A stretch of 64,000 nucleotides of DNA from an uncultured archaeon (GCA_964388035.1 CAYLZE010000003.1:56521-120520); one strand, 5' to 3'. Positions 50,977 through 61,755 are shown, numbered from the stretch's first letter. Notes: a model not told the origin generated them from the sequence alone. Numbers and translations are program-made.

Positions 50977-52083
50977 ATGTCAAAAAAAAATAAGGAACTT
51001 ACTCCAATTCAGAGATTGCTCCGTGGAATGGCATATATAAAACCAGATCACGTTCCGGTCTTGTTTTTTCCAGAATTTGATTTAATGGCAGATTATGCAG
51101 GTAAAAGCGTAAAGGATTATTTATCAGATATCGATCTTCAAATAGAAACGGGAGAAAAGTTCAAGGAAAGATTTTCGGAGGCATATTGTGCCGTATCTAT
51201 ATATCAACCTTATGCTGTAGCTCAAGCTCTTGGATGTAAACTCATGGAACCAGAAGATTTAATCCCCTCTGTCATTGAAAGAGCCATAAAAAATACCGAT
51301 GATATTAAGAGTTTTAAAGTACCAGAAACGGCTTGGGATTGTTTAGGAACAGGAGAATGGTTGAAAAAGATTGAATATTCATTGGAGACTGGGATAAAGC
51401 CTGCAGGTACTGGAGAGTTTGGTCCCGTAGAAATAGCAGGATTAGTTTTTGGGTATGATAAACTATTATTTCACATGATAAAAAATCCTGGTGTAATTCA
51501 TGAATTACTTGAAAAATGCACGGAATTTGTCATTAAATTTCAAAAAGAATGGATTGATTTAATTGGTGGGTATTCCACTATCATATTAATCGCCGATCAC
51601 GCTAGTGGATTCATGAATAAAAAGTTAATAGATGAATTTTTTGCACCCTATCATGCAAAAGTCTGTGAAGAACTTAAACAAATGACGGGTGCAATGTTTT
51701 ATCACTCCGAAAACAAGAGCAAGCATTTTTTGCATGAAATCGGGAATTGGGGTTACACCATGTTCCATGGTCAAGATTGGGGAGAACATCACGAAGCCAA
51801 AGAGATGGTCTCTAATTGTGAGAAAAAATTTGCTTTAGTAGGACAAGTACCCGGAAGAGATATCATGTTGATGGAACCCGATGATGAAATTGTAAAACAA
51901 AAAATTATTGAAAATATTGAAATATATGGTCCAGGAAGTGGATATATCTTGTCAACAGGGGGAGGAATAAATAGGGGGACCCTTTTTGAAAGATTAGATC
52001 TGATGATTGAATTGGCAAAAACCCATGGAACATACAAAACAAAGACGAAATTATATCTTCCTGAGGAGCTAACTGAAGATTAA
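50977..52083 (+). CDS. URO-D / MtaA-like family protein
   Basis: PDHVPV, AQALGC, GPVEIA, YILSTGG; TIM-barrel URO-D pattern. Confidence 0.8.
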   Translation: MSKKNKELTPIQRLLRGMAYIKPDHVPVLFFPEFDLMADYAGKSVKDYLSDIDLQIETGEKFKERFSEAYCAVSIYQPYAVAQALGCKLMEPEDLIPSVIERAIKNTDDIKSFKVPETAWDCLGTGEWLKKIEYSLETGIKPAGTGEFGPVEIAGLVFGYDKLLFHMIKNPGVIHELLEKCTEFVIKFQKEWIDLIGGYSTIILIADHASGFMNKKLIDEFFAPYHAKVCEELKQMTGAMFYHSENKSKHFLHEIGNWGYTMFHGQDWGEHHEAKEMVSNCEKKFALVGQVPGRDIMLMEPDDEIVKQKIIENIEIYGPGSGYILSTGGGINRGTLFERLDLMIELAKTHGTYKTKTKLYLPEELTED

Positions 52084-52230
52084 TCATATTATTTACTACA
52101 AAAAAAAGGGTAATTTGTAAAATTATGGAATAAAGACCCTATAAATTGCCTTCCTAATAAATTCTTCTCGCAGACCGTTATTAATTCTTAATTAAAACTC
52201 TTTAACTTTTTTCGAAAATTAGAGATTTAA

Positions 52231-52905
52231 ATGCCCGAATTTAATGTTGTTTTGTTATTTGATCTGGATTTCACTCTCATCGATAATACGATTGGTATAT
52301 CTAATTCTTTTAATCATGCTTTGCGCAAATTTGAATTGCCTGAAATTAATACAGATAAAATAAAGTTAATGATTGGCGCTCCTCTAGAGAAGATGTTTTT
52401 AAGCTTAACAGATAAATACATTAAAGAATTGTGCGTTGCATTTAGAGAATATTACGGTTCCAAGGGGATTTACGAGGCAAACTTGCTTCCCGGTGTAAGA
52501 CAAAAATTAAAAGAATTGGAGAATAATGGATATAAATTAGGGATCATCACTTCCAAAAAGCATGAGATGGCCCTTAAATTATTGACTTATTTGAAATTAA
52601 AAGACCAATTTAGCTTTATTCAAGGGGAGACAGAAAAAATTAAGACAAAATCTAATCCTTTAATAAAAGAATTCTTACATGAAAAATTTCCAAATCATGA
52701 ATTTGTTGTAATTGGAGATCATCTCAATGATAGAGGATTGGCAGAAATGTTAAACTGCCCTTTTGTAGGTGTTTTAACGGGATTTCATTCAAGAGAACAA
52801 TTAAGCAAGAACAGTAAAACTAAAACTTTGATTTTAGGTAATGTTAATGATATCACTTTCAAAAGGTTGGAAAATTTACTGTCCAATAGAATTAATCTTG
52901 TTTGA
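52231..52905 (+). CDS. HAD-family phosphatase
   Basis: FDLDFTLID, ITSK, K, IGDHLND. Confidence 0.9.
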   Translation: MPEFNVVLLFDLDFTLIDNTIGISNSFNHALRKFELPEINTDKIKLMIGAPLEKMFLSLTDKYIKELCVAFREYYGSKGIYEANLLPGVRQKLKELENNGYKLGIITSKKHEMALKLLTYLKLKDQFSFIQGETEKIKTKSNPLIKEFLHEKFPNHEFVVIGDHLNDRGLAEMLNCPFVGVLTGFHSREQLSKNSKTKTLILGNVNDITFKRLENLLSNRINLV

Positions 52906-52985
52906 TAAACAGTAGTTTCTAATTTGGCAAATGATATAAACCTGCTTTAGAAATAGAAGGAATAGAAAAGAAGTAAGCATGTATT

Positions 52986-53873
52986 TCAATGATGTGCTTT
53001 TGCTGCATTTTCTGAAAAAGCGCCTAATACTTGATTCCAGCATTCAACGGGAAGACTATGCCCCATCCCTTCAATAATTAATACCTTCGCTCCTTCAATA
53101 TTATCAGTTGTATCTTGCGCTGCTTCTACGGAGACTAAAGGATCAGCACTTCCATGGACGATGAGAGTAGGGCATTTAATTTTAGAAATATCTTTCCTTC
53201 GATCTCCAGTGGCTAAAATAGCAGCCATTTGACGTAACGTTCCTTCGGGATAAAAGGAACGATCATATATAGTTTCAGCAAATATTCTTGCTTTTTCTTC
53301 ATCAAATGGAAATATGGGACCATGAAGTACTTTTCGACGTCTAATAGATTCTTTTATAAATGCTTCTCGCTCTGTTGGAACGGGTTTAGTTAATATTTGC
53401 AATGCTTCTGGTTTTGGGGGAGGAAGATCGGGATTTCCCGTAGAACTCATCATTGAAACAAGGGAAAGTACTTTATTAGGATGTCTTACTGCTACTTGTT
53501 GGGCAATAGCACCCCCCATTGAGACACCACAGACATGTGCCTTATCAATATTAAGAGCAGTAAGTAATCCCGCCGCATCATCTGCCATATCATTTAGAGT
53601 ATATGCTGCTTCTATTTTTTTGCCATTTTGACTTGCTCGTAAGAGTTTCATGATGTTTGGTCTCCCGGCAGTTTCAAGCTTGGTAGACAATCCAACATCC
53701 CGATTATCGAAACGAATGGGATAAAAACCTCTATCAACCAGCATTTGACAAAATTCGGGTTCGTAAACGATCATTTGTGCTCCTAATCCCATAATTAATA
53801 GTATAGCTTCTGAGGAGGGGTTTCCAAAGGTATCATATTCGAGTTCTATATTATTTACTTTTGCTTTTGGCAT
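52986..53873 (-). CDS. alpha/beta hydrolase
   Basis: FDNRDVGLS, GVSMGG, HGSADP, GMGH. Confidence 0.93.
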   Translation of the reverse strand: MPKAKVNNIELEYDTFGNPSSEAILLIMGLGAQMIVYEPEFCQMLVDRGFYPIRFDNRDVGLSTKLETAGRPNIMKLLRASQNGKKIEAAYTLNDMADDAAGLLTALNIDKAHVCGVSMGGAIAQQVAVRHPNKVLSLVSMMSSTGNPDLPPPKPEALQILTKPVPTEREAFIKESIRRRKVLHGPIFPFDEEKARIFAETIYDRSFYPEGTLRQMAAILATGDRRKDISKIKCPTLIVHGSADPLVSVEAAQDTTDNIEGAKVLIIEGMGHSLPVECWNQVLGAFSENAAKAHH

Positions 53874-54126
53874 TTTAAGAAAGATCTCCTTTTATAATAT
53901 TTATAACTCATAATATAATGTTTTAGTTTTTGTTCTATTAATAAATATTTCATTAGTATTCATGATGGTTCTTTAACAAAAAAAAACTTACCATTTTATT
54001 ATTATAATTCTAAAAATCGAATAATTAATAGTTTTTAAGTGTAAATAATAAAATCAATATTTCCATGAATATATTATTGTAAACTTGAGGTATTATAGAA
54101 TATTATGGACTAAAGGCGATATTAAA

Positions 54127-54906
54127 ATGCCTGAAATAAATTTAAGAGAAAAAATAATTCTCATTACGGGTATTGGTGGAGGCATTGGTAATATTTTCAT
54201 GCATCATCTCAAGAATAAATCCAAATACTTGATTACAGCAAGTCGTTCTTCTAAAGAGGAGATTTTTGGCCAATTTAAAGATATTAAAAATCTATCTCAT
54301 TATTCCTTGGATTTAACTCAAGAAAAGAACGTTAATTCTTTATTTGATGCGATTAAAGAGAAGCAGGGGCGATTGGACATTTTAATAAATACCGTTGGTG
54401 GTAGCTTGTATTCACATAAATTAGAAGAGTTCCCCTTAGAGGAGTTTAAAAGAGTGATAGAAGTGAATTTAACTTCTGCTTTCATGCTTACAAAAGAAGC
54501 CATTAATTTGATGAAGCTTAATAAAAACGGAGGAAATATTGTCCATCTTGTTTCTTCTTCAGCGAAAATAATATCTAATAATAAAGCACCATATGGTGTG
54601 GCAAAGGCGGCGCTTGCTCGATTAATACAATATGCTGCAACGGAAGCGGCTGATTATAAAATTAAAATAAATGGGGTTTCACCATCTTATGTATTTACTC
54701 CACGACACGAGCAGGAGATTGCAAATAAAAGCGTTTCATCGGGCAAAACCAGAGAGGAAATTATTGATAATATAACCAAATCTCAGCTAATAACAAGAAC
54801 TTTACGATCAGAAGATTTAATCCCATTATTAGAATTGTTAATCTCAACAGAAGTCATAACTGGACAAATCTTTAATTGTACTTTAGGTGAAGTTATTTCA
54901 TATTAA
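54127..54906 (+). CDS. short-chain dehydrogenase/reductase
   Basis: TGIGGGIG, SSS, YGVAK, INGVSP; ATG 54127 follows an AAGGCGA SD. Confidence 0.9.
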   Translation: MPEINLREKIILITGIGGGIGNIFMHHLKNKSKYLITASRSSKEEIFGQFKDIKNLSHYSLDLTQEKNVNSLFDAIKEKQGRLDILINTVGGSLYSHKLEEFPLEEFKRVIEVNLTSAFMLTKEAINLMKLNKNGGNIVHLVSSSAKIISNNKAPYGVAKAALARLIQYAATEAADYKIKINGVSPSYVFTPRHEQEIANKSVSSGKTREEIIDNITKSQLITRTLRSEDLIPLLELLISTEVITGQIFNCTLGEVISY

Positions 54907-54951
54907 GGATGTAGAAAAATTTTAATGAATATTTTATATATCTCCTTGAAT

Positions 54952-55947
54952 TTAAATTGCATCCTGATTCGTGGGTCTTTTCCACATCTTACCTAAAGGA
55001 ATTACGATTAATGAAACAATAAATAGCAGAACTTGACCTATTATGGATGCTAAAGGAAGTAAGAAAAACATACCAGAAAAAACATTGGTACTGGCATGAA
55101 GAATCACGGCTCCTAACAAATTCCCTTTTGATTTATTGTAATACCACGTTAAAAGTACTCCGAATGGGATATTATAAATAAATCGAAACAAAAATCCGGG
55201 TAATCCATCTCCATAAAATCCATTAAAATGAAGAGGAGCATGCCACACAGTCCAGATTAATCCGATGATTAACCCTGTAATCAAGGGATTAAATCTCTTC
55301 TGAAGCCGCGGAGTTGCAAATGCTCGCCAGCCAGGTTCTTCATTTAAAGGTCCACCAAAAAAAAATATAATAGGAAAATTAATGGAAGTAGCTAGCAATA
55401 AGAGTAGAAAATTAAAATCTGGAGGGAGAGGCTCTCCTAGTAGGAGATATATTATAAAACCACCCATAGCGGTTAAAATAGGAATCGAAAAAGCCGTGAT
55501 AAGGTGAATATTCTTGCCTTTTACTCCGCTAATTTTGTCTAATAAGCTTTTCATGTGTTCATTTTTAGAAAATTTACCCGAAATTATCAGACCTGCAATA
55601 ACACATGAAAGGAGAGAACCAATAATACAAATCACATTTAAAGTATAGAGCATGTTAAAAAGCATTAAAATAAATAGCATGAAAAATGTAGAGAGAAAAA
55701 TGATTAAAAATATAATTAATCTTTTTTTAGTAACCATTTGTAATTTGAAAGAGTTTTGTTTCCAGCTTAAGAACATTGCAGATAATGCTGGTCCAAAAGC
55801 TCCTAGTAGGCAAATATTGAAGAGAGTTCCTGGATCTCCCCCCGAAATAAAAGGAGCAATAATCCAAACGCACCATGAGATGATAAAAGCGAGTATAAAA
55901 TACCCATAGACTTCTTTAAACTGGCTCTCTATTTCATCTCCACTCAT
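54952..55947 (-). CDS. CPBP/Abi intramembrane glutamic protease
   Basis: NEEPGWR, WTVWHAP, ILHASTN. Confidence 0.9.
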   Translation of the reverse strand: MSGDEIESQFKEVYGYFILAFIISWCVWIIAPFISGGDPGTLFNICLLGAFGPALSAMFLSWKQNSFKLQMVTKKRLIIFLIIFLSTFFMLFILMLFNMLYTLNVICIIGSLLSCVIAGLIISGKFSKNEHMKSLLDKISGVKGKNIHLITAFSIPILTAMGGFIIYLLLGEPLPPDFNFLLLLLATSINFPIIFFFGGPLNEEPGWRAFATPRLQKRFNPLITGLIIGLIWTVWHAPLHFNGFYGDGLPGFLFRFIYNIPFGVLLTWYYNKSKGNLLGAVILHASTNVFSGMFFLLPLASIIGQVLLFIVSLIVIPLGKMWKRPTNQDAI

Positions 55948-56124
55948 GATGATTATTCATAAAAAAGCATGGTTTTTAAATTTAATCGGTGAGTGATGTT
56001 TATTTTTATATTAACAGAAGAAGGACAGCTTAATCGTAAATTTATTTTTATCACATGTCAGAAAATAATACACGGTATAGGGAAGCAAGATTAATTGAAA
56101 AAGTAAATAGAAAAAAAAAAATTT

Positions 56125-58185
56125 TTAAATCTTTATTTCCGCCCAGAGAGCGGGATGATCGGATTGTGGATTAGTGATAAATCGGGCATCAATCACGATG
56201 AATTTTTGAGAGACGAAGATATGGTCTATACTACTTGTCATGACTAAACCGTTGTTGTCTACACCATTGGGCCATTTTGCCCTCCACACGTCTTTTAAGA
56301 CAGCTGCTTGTTCTTTATAAAATATCGTATTCTCTCTGCTATTAAAGTCTCCCATAGAAATGACATTATCCTTATTATCTATTTGTGCAAGTAAAGCATT
56401 AACTTGTGCCAATTTTGCAGTATCGCTACCATCAGGATGGCTCACAAATACATTAAATATTTGGTTTCCTACTTGAATTTGAACGTAAGTCGTTCCAATT
56501 TCATCTGTATCACTATATGAAAATATGGTTTTAGCACTTATTATTGGATATTTTGACAATATCGCGGCACCATAAGTACCAGTTACCGTTTTGGGTCCGT
56601 AAAACGAATAATAATTTAAACCCGTTAATCGATTAGCAAAATATCGAACAACATCCGAATTTCCACCCGACACTCGCGCTGTATCGCTTTCTTCTAATCC
56701 TAAAATATCGGGATTCACATTCTTAATGAGTTCAAGTTGTTTATCATAATTCATATCTCCTGATACATTAACTCCTTGCTGAATATTGTAAGTCATTATT
56801 CGAAGAGTTAGTACATTATTATTTTGAGTAGGTGCAGGGCTTGGATTCGTGATGATTACACCGACAATCGTAGTTAAAACAAGAATCAGTATTACAAATG
56901 CGGAAAGTACGGATTTTCGGGTAGGAATAGTAATGTGGTTAAATAAATGCATGCTTTTTTTAATTTTTAACATGGGCCACGTGATAAAAAGTCCAATGAG
57001 TAGGAAGGGAAGCCAAAATAGATTTCGAAAAGGCGTGCTTACTGGCTCTACGTAGCCCCATACGTTAGTAAAAATAAGCGCTAGCGTTAGCAGAATGAAT
57101 AAAACACCTCCTAAAGTGAATCCCTTGCTTAATTTAGATAAGGAAGGAGTTTGTTTGAAAAGGCCGCTACAAAAAAATGTAAAATCGATAAATATGATGG
57201 GGGATAATGCGATCATGCCAATTAAGGGGATATAAGAATACCATGGCGGGGGAGAGTTAACAATGACTACTTGATCAGGCGTGGAAGGAAAGATTACAAC
57301 GTTAACGATTATGGTTAAAAACACGCATAAAATGAATAGAAGATTCCATATAACTAACATTTTTCCTGATAAATTTAGAATCACTCCCGGTTTAAAACTT
57401 ATAAATATTGCAAAGACGGCAATCATTATCGAAAGAGAGATAGTAATTAAAATGTAATTACCTTCCGTCCATCGTGAGATTACAGTAGGGCTAAGGAGAG
57501 CAAAATAGATAAAGAGAAACACTCCAAAAATACCTAATATTGAACGATATATGTTGCTAGAAGTCGTGGATTCCCTTTTAGAATCATCGGAAGGATTAGT
57601 ATTGTTTTCTAAGGTTTTATTTACGATATTATTAGAAATATTGCCAAATTTACTTCGACCTAGAAGAGAAAGTACGGCAATAAAAGCAAGAACCCATCCG
57701 ATTACTTGATATGCTTTATACATTGAAATATCAACGGTAGAATTAAGGCTTCGAAATGCTATTGAGAGTAATACTGCAATTGACAGTCCAAATCCCATTA
57801 CTCTTCCACTGTATGCTTCACCATCTTTTCCATTTTTAAAAAGAAATGATGTTAAAAATATGAGGAAAAAAGCTACTCCAATACCAGCAACTATTATTTT
57901 TAACGAAGTATTAACGAGAGGGCTAATGACGCGTGAAATCACGAGTATTACTGCAGTAATTTCAATAAATTTGCCAGGAATTTTATTTCGAAATGCTAAT
58001 AGACTTATTGGAGATATCAGAAATAGAATACCCAGTACCTTTTCATCCAGTGATGTATGAAGTAAATCCAGAGTGTAAATGGATTGAATTAAATCAGTCA
58101 CCATTTGAAAAAAGAATAGGAAGAGAATACTCAGTAAAATCAAATCAGAATTGATTTTTTTTAATAAATTAGTAGAAAATGACAT
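56125..58185 (-). CDS. multi-TM protein with C-terminal EEP domain (CWH43/PGAP2IP-like)
   Basis: About 13 TM, then TYNIQQG, DILGLEESD, LSKYPI, GDFN, IDHIF, SDH. Confidence 0.85.
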   Translation of the reverse strand: MSFSTNLLKKINSDLILLSILFLFFFQMVTDLIQSIYTLDLLHTSLDEKVLGILFLISPISLLAFRNKIPGKFIEITAVILVISRVISPLVNTSLKIIVAGIGVAFFLIFLTSFLFKNGKDGEAYSGRVMGFGLSIAVLLSIAFRSLNSTVDISMYKAYQVIGWVLAFIAVLSLLGRSKFGNISNNIVNKTLENNTNPSDDSKRESTTSSNIYRSILGIFGVFLFIYFALLSPTVISRWTEGNYILITISLSIMIAVFAIFISFKPGVILNLSGKMLVIWNLLFILCVFLTIIVNVVIFPSTPDQVVIVNSPPPWYSYIPLIGMIALSPIIFIDFTFFCSGLFKQTPSLSKLSKGFTLGGVLFILLTLALIFTNVWGYVEPVSTPFRNLFWLPFLLIGLFITWPMLKIKKSMHLFNHITIPTRKSVLSAFVILILVLTTIVGVIITNPSPAPTQNNNVLTLRIMTYNIQQGVNVSGDMNYDKQLELIKNVNPDILGLEESDTARVSGGNSDVVRYFANRLTGLNYYSFYGPKTVTGTYGAAILSKYPIISAKTIFSYSDTDEIGTTYVQIQVGNQIFNVFVSHPDGSDTAKLAQVNALLAQIDNKDNVISMGDFNSRENTIFYKEQAAVLKDVWRAKWPNGVDNNGLVMTSSIDHIFVSQKFIVIDARFITNPQSDHPALWAEIKI

Positions 58186-58559
58186 ATATGTTAATAGGTT
58201 AAATGTTTTTATATATTTTTTTCCTTAGATGAATTAATTTTTGGTATTTTAATGAGAACATTCAATATCATGACCGATAAGAAGATATATAAATTTTTTA
58301 AATGCAACTGTTTAATTAATAGCCTTAGATTTACAATTTCTTGAAATAAAAAAATTTTTTTTTTACAGCACCAATTTAAATTCAGGTATTAGCAGCACTT
58401 ATACTTGATTATCAATTTTGCGCTTTTCTTTCTAGCTCTGATATATAAGAGAAAATTAGCATCTGAAATGTAATTTCAAACCTTTTTGATATTCATTTTT
58501 CATTAAAAGATATTAAAAAATAGAAAAAAGAGATTGATTATGATTTAAATTTTCTTGGA

Positions 58560-59453
58560 TTAAATGCTCGCTAATAATAATGCTACAAAGAGTATAAAAA
58601 TCTCAATTTTTAACATTGTATTAAGTTTCTTAGAAATTCTCTGATTTCTCAATTGCTTTAAAGTAAGGATCACGGATATAACGATTAAAATGCCATTTAT
58701 AACTAAAGCATAGAAAAACAAGTAGGTATCCAACAGTGGAGTTAGAATAGGAAGAATATAAAAAATCATGGCAATTAGCTGAAAAATAATCAAAAATTTA
58801 GAAGTCTTTCTAAGATTTCCAAGAGGAAGATCCGCGTTCATTTCTGGATTTTCAGATATTGTAAGAGATTGTATTTTTTTAGTTATTTCTCGAGAAAGTT
58901 GGAGAAAAAAGGTCGTTATCACGAAAAAATAAATGTTCATGGTTACTAACAAAATGTTAAGCACCGCACCATAATAGAGCCCCAATGCAAACGTTGAACA
59001 AATGATAATGCTCCGAATAAAAAAAGAACTCTTTCTTTTCATAGCATATAATCCTAAAAGTATCCAGATTATACCAAAACACAAAACATATACTATTATC
59101 CATGAATCAAGAAAATATAACATTACATGAATTATTGATAATACTACGCTCGCCGCATAGAAAATTCCCAAAAGGCTCCAAATTATTTTCTTCTTAAGAA
59201 TCCCGGCGGGAAATTGATTCTCCGAGACTTTTGCCATATTAACTACCATCATCGCGGAAAATATTAATAGGAAATAAGTAAAAAAGCCAAATCCCAAATT
59301 TCCCGATAATCTTCCAATTCCAATACCACTGCGGGTGTTTAAGATCCCTAATAAAACCAAGATACTTCCCTTTAAGCAATTACGGGTATTTAAGAATCTA
59401 TTTCCTTCTTTAAATTTTGTATAGAAATTTCCTAATTTTGATTTAATTCCCAT
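58560..59453 (-). CDS. UbiA/DGGGP-synthase-like membrane protein with degenerate motifs
   Basis: R.LN.RN, VN..FPAG, LSREITK; 8-9 TM. Confidence 0.6.
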   Translation of the reverse strand: MGIKSKLGNFYTKFKEGNRFLNTRNCLKGSILVLLGILNTRSGIGIGRLSGNLGFGFFTYFLLIFSAMMVVNMAKVSENQFPAGILKKKIIWSLLGIFYAASVVLSIIHVMLYFLDSWIIVYVLCFGIIWILLGLYAMKRKSSFFIRSIIICSTFALGLYYGAVLNILLVTMNIYFFVITTFFLQLSREITKKIQSLTISENPEMNADLPLGNLRKTSKFLIIFQLIAMIFYILPILTPLLDTYLFFYALVINGILIVISVILTLKQLRNQRISKKLNTMLKIEIFILFVALLLASI

Positions 59454-59487
59454 TTTTATGTCTCCTTGTTTTACAATTTATCATTTT

Positions 59488-61545
59488 TTAAACCGTTTGA
59501 AGGGTCCTTGATGCTTCATTAAAGTCTAGTACCAGTTCCTGAGAGCCATACTTAATAACTGTTGTCTTAGTCCCGAATTTTTGAAAACAATAATTGTCTT
59601 TGAATCGAGGATATGGACCTATATCGACTGCTTTTCCTTGAACTGTCATGTCTCCTTCCCAACTAACAGAAACAACGCCTTGCGAAGGAGAATTATAAGA
59701 AATGCTATATCCAAGCGCAAGTGGGGTTATCTCTACTTTGGATGCGAGAATAGATGCCATGAATTGCTCAAAAGACCCATTTTCTTTAATACTTCCTAAT
59801 TCAACAATATATGCATTTTTCTTTCCAGAAGAGCGAAGCTCATAATCGGATTCCCATGTAGTAGGTTCATAGGAATATAAAGCAATGTAGCTATCTCCTT
59901 TAACTCCAAATGTCCATTTTCCATTGGTGACTACTTTATCAAATGCCCATTGAGGAAAATATGCGTGAGTATAGGGTTTATATTCTAATAGAGCACTTAT
60001 CAGTTCTCCATCTAAAGGAAGCATCTCTCTATCATACTGAAGTATACCCACATTTTTATAGAGAGTAGCACGAGGTTTCCACCCTCCCGTGAATTCTTGA
60101 GGAGATACACCCCCAGGGCTATTTGTATATACAACAGCATATGGATCTAAACTGGCTTGCCATATATGTTCTTGTAATCCTGCCAACCCCTTCTGATGAT
60201 CTTGAACACCTGAGAGCTGATAATAAGGAGTACGATAGGTATAAGTATTCGCTGTTTCCAAGCATGATCCTTCAGTAATAGCATCTAATAACTCGCAATA
60301 TTCACTTATACTCACGCCATGGAGCTGTGATCCAATCTCTAAAACACTCACAAATAATTCATCATTATAAACTAATGCAGGTTTAATATCATATTTATGC
60401 ATCAATTCCAAGGAAGCATCTACGGTTTGGGATGCTGCGGGAGCAGATAGAGGCCACCAAAACATCATATCATTTTGAGTCCTATATCCTATCCCATAAG
60501 AAGGACCTTCCGCAACATCTATACTATTCCTACTTTTATGTTCATTATTGTCCGTAATTCGGTTCGCTATTTTTTCTAATATGGAAGGAGGATTGTATTT
60601 CCTACTCGTTGCTATTGAAATTGCAGCATCATCGCCATTACTATTGGGATCATGTTCGCCAATTCCCAGCATTATCCAAGCAGCCTCGCTAGTAGAATCC
60701 CTGCCAGGAGGATTTTCCAAGCTCTTTCCCACTTCTTTATTATCTTCAGTTCTCCCATGTGCCGTAGCATAAGTTCCTTTGTAATAATTATTGGCAAAAT
60801 CAAATGCTAATAGATCTAGTAGCATTGCAGCTTTGGTAGAAATCTCCTGATTTTCAGAAAATTCCACTAAATTAGTTAATGCATCGATATCTAACTTGTA
60901 ATAAATATTAGAATGAAATTCTGAAAATCCAAATTCGGCATGCCTGTCGAGCCATCTGATAACTAGAGGAGTAGCATGTTTCACGTGTTCCGTTCCCGTC
61001 ATTCCGGAATTAGGAAAAGTTCTATCAGGATAAAGTTGTCCAGCTAATAATTCGGCAGTATTAAATAAAATCATATGATTCTCTGTCCACATTATCATGC
61101 TATCTTCATTAGGTTCATCAAACCAATATTTAAAATTAAGAATGGTATTTCTAACTGCAATTTCAGTCTCAATAGGCATTACATTTTTATTTTTTTCAAA
61201 ATACATCATTCGAAGGAGAGAATTCACTCGAAAGTCAGATGTATCTTTATAATTGTTAATACTTGGTAATGCGTCTTCAATTACTTCGGAATTAATGGGT
61301 AACCCTAAATAGACACGTGCCGCTTGAGCATAGATGCTATCACTGGTCCTACAACCTTGTAAATAGATACTTCTTCTGTTTTGATATCCCATTGTAGAAG
61401 GAACACTCATTGGATATATCATATCTTCATATTGACTTGAAGTATCATCGTCTTCTATTCCGATTAGATTGAAATTAAAGTAAAGCGCTGATGGAATTGA
61501 AATTACAATGAAGCTTATGATCACTATTATAATTTTTTTTTGCAT
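59488..61545 (-). CDS. membrane-anchored extracellular protein, possible heparinase II/III-like lyase fold
   Basis: N-terminal TM anchor; WTENH, GFSEFHSNIY, HGR; helical then beta-rich regions. Confidence 0.6.
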   Translation of the reverse strand: MQKKIIIVIISFIVISIPSALYFNFNLIGIEDDDTSSQYEDMIYPMSVPSTMGYQNRRSIYLQGCRTSDSIYAQAARVYLGLPINSEVIEDALPSINNYKDTSDFRVNSLLRMMYFEKNKNVMPIETEIAVRNTILNFKYWFDEPNEDSMIMWTENHMILFNTAELLAGQLYPDRTFPNSGMTGTEHVKHATPLVIRWLDRHAEFGFSEFHSNIYYKLDIDALTNLVEFSENQEISTKAAMLLDLLAFDFANNYYKGTYATAHGRTEDNKEVGKSLENPPGRDSTSEAAWIMLGIGEHDPNSNGDDAAISIATSRKYNPPSILEKIANRITDNNEHKSRNSIDVAEGPSYGIGYRTQNDMMFWWPLSAPAASQTVDASLELMHKYDIKPALVYNDELFVSVLEIGSQLHGVSISEYCELLDAITEGSCLETANTYTYRTPYYQLSGVQDHQKGLAGLQEHIWQASLDPYAVVYTNSPGGVSPQEFTGGWKPRATLYKNVGILQYDREMLPLDGELISALLEYKPYTHAYFPQWAFDKVVTNGKWTFGVKGDSYIALYSYEPTTWESDYELRSSGKKNAYIVELGSIKENGSFEQFMASILASKVEITPLALGYSISYNSPSQGVVSVSWEGDMTVQGKAVDIGPYPRFKDNYCFQKFGTKTTVIKYGSQELVLDFNEASRTLQTV

Positions 61546-61755
61546 GGTAAAGATTTTATAAATATAATTGAATATTATTTGATTCTTATTCTATAAATAA
61601 CTTGTTCTCAAGTTGTTATAATCATTTAATTAACATTAAGAAGATAAAATCAATTAGCCATTAACATGGATATGAAATCCTTTTTAAGAAAGTTATTTTC
61701 TAGTTTAATTTAATAAAAAAGATAAGGATTAAACTTCTAACAATCAGTTAATCCC

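Noticed and set aside
8218-55947. A eukaryote-like CAAX processing system (ICMT-like x2, CPBP/Rce1-like x2, small GTPase)
   Set aside because: The genes are unlinked, both families are common in prokaryotes, and the GTPase ends KSRW with no CAAX box.
1708-61269. Many antisense or overlapping ORFs in the track (e.g. 1708..2046, 5678..6028, 27754..28146, 38399..38935, 50454..50651)
   Set aside because: They are shadows of well-supported genes on the opposite strand or frame and have no motifs.
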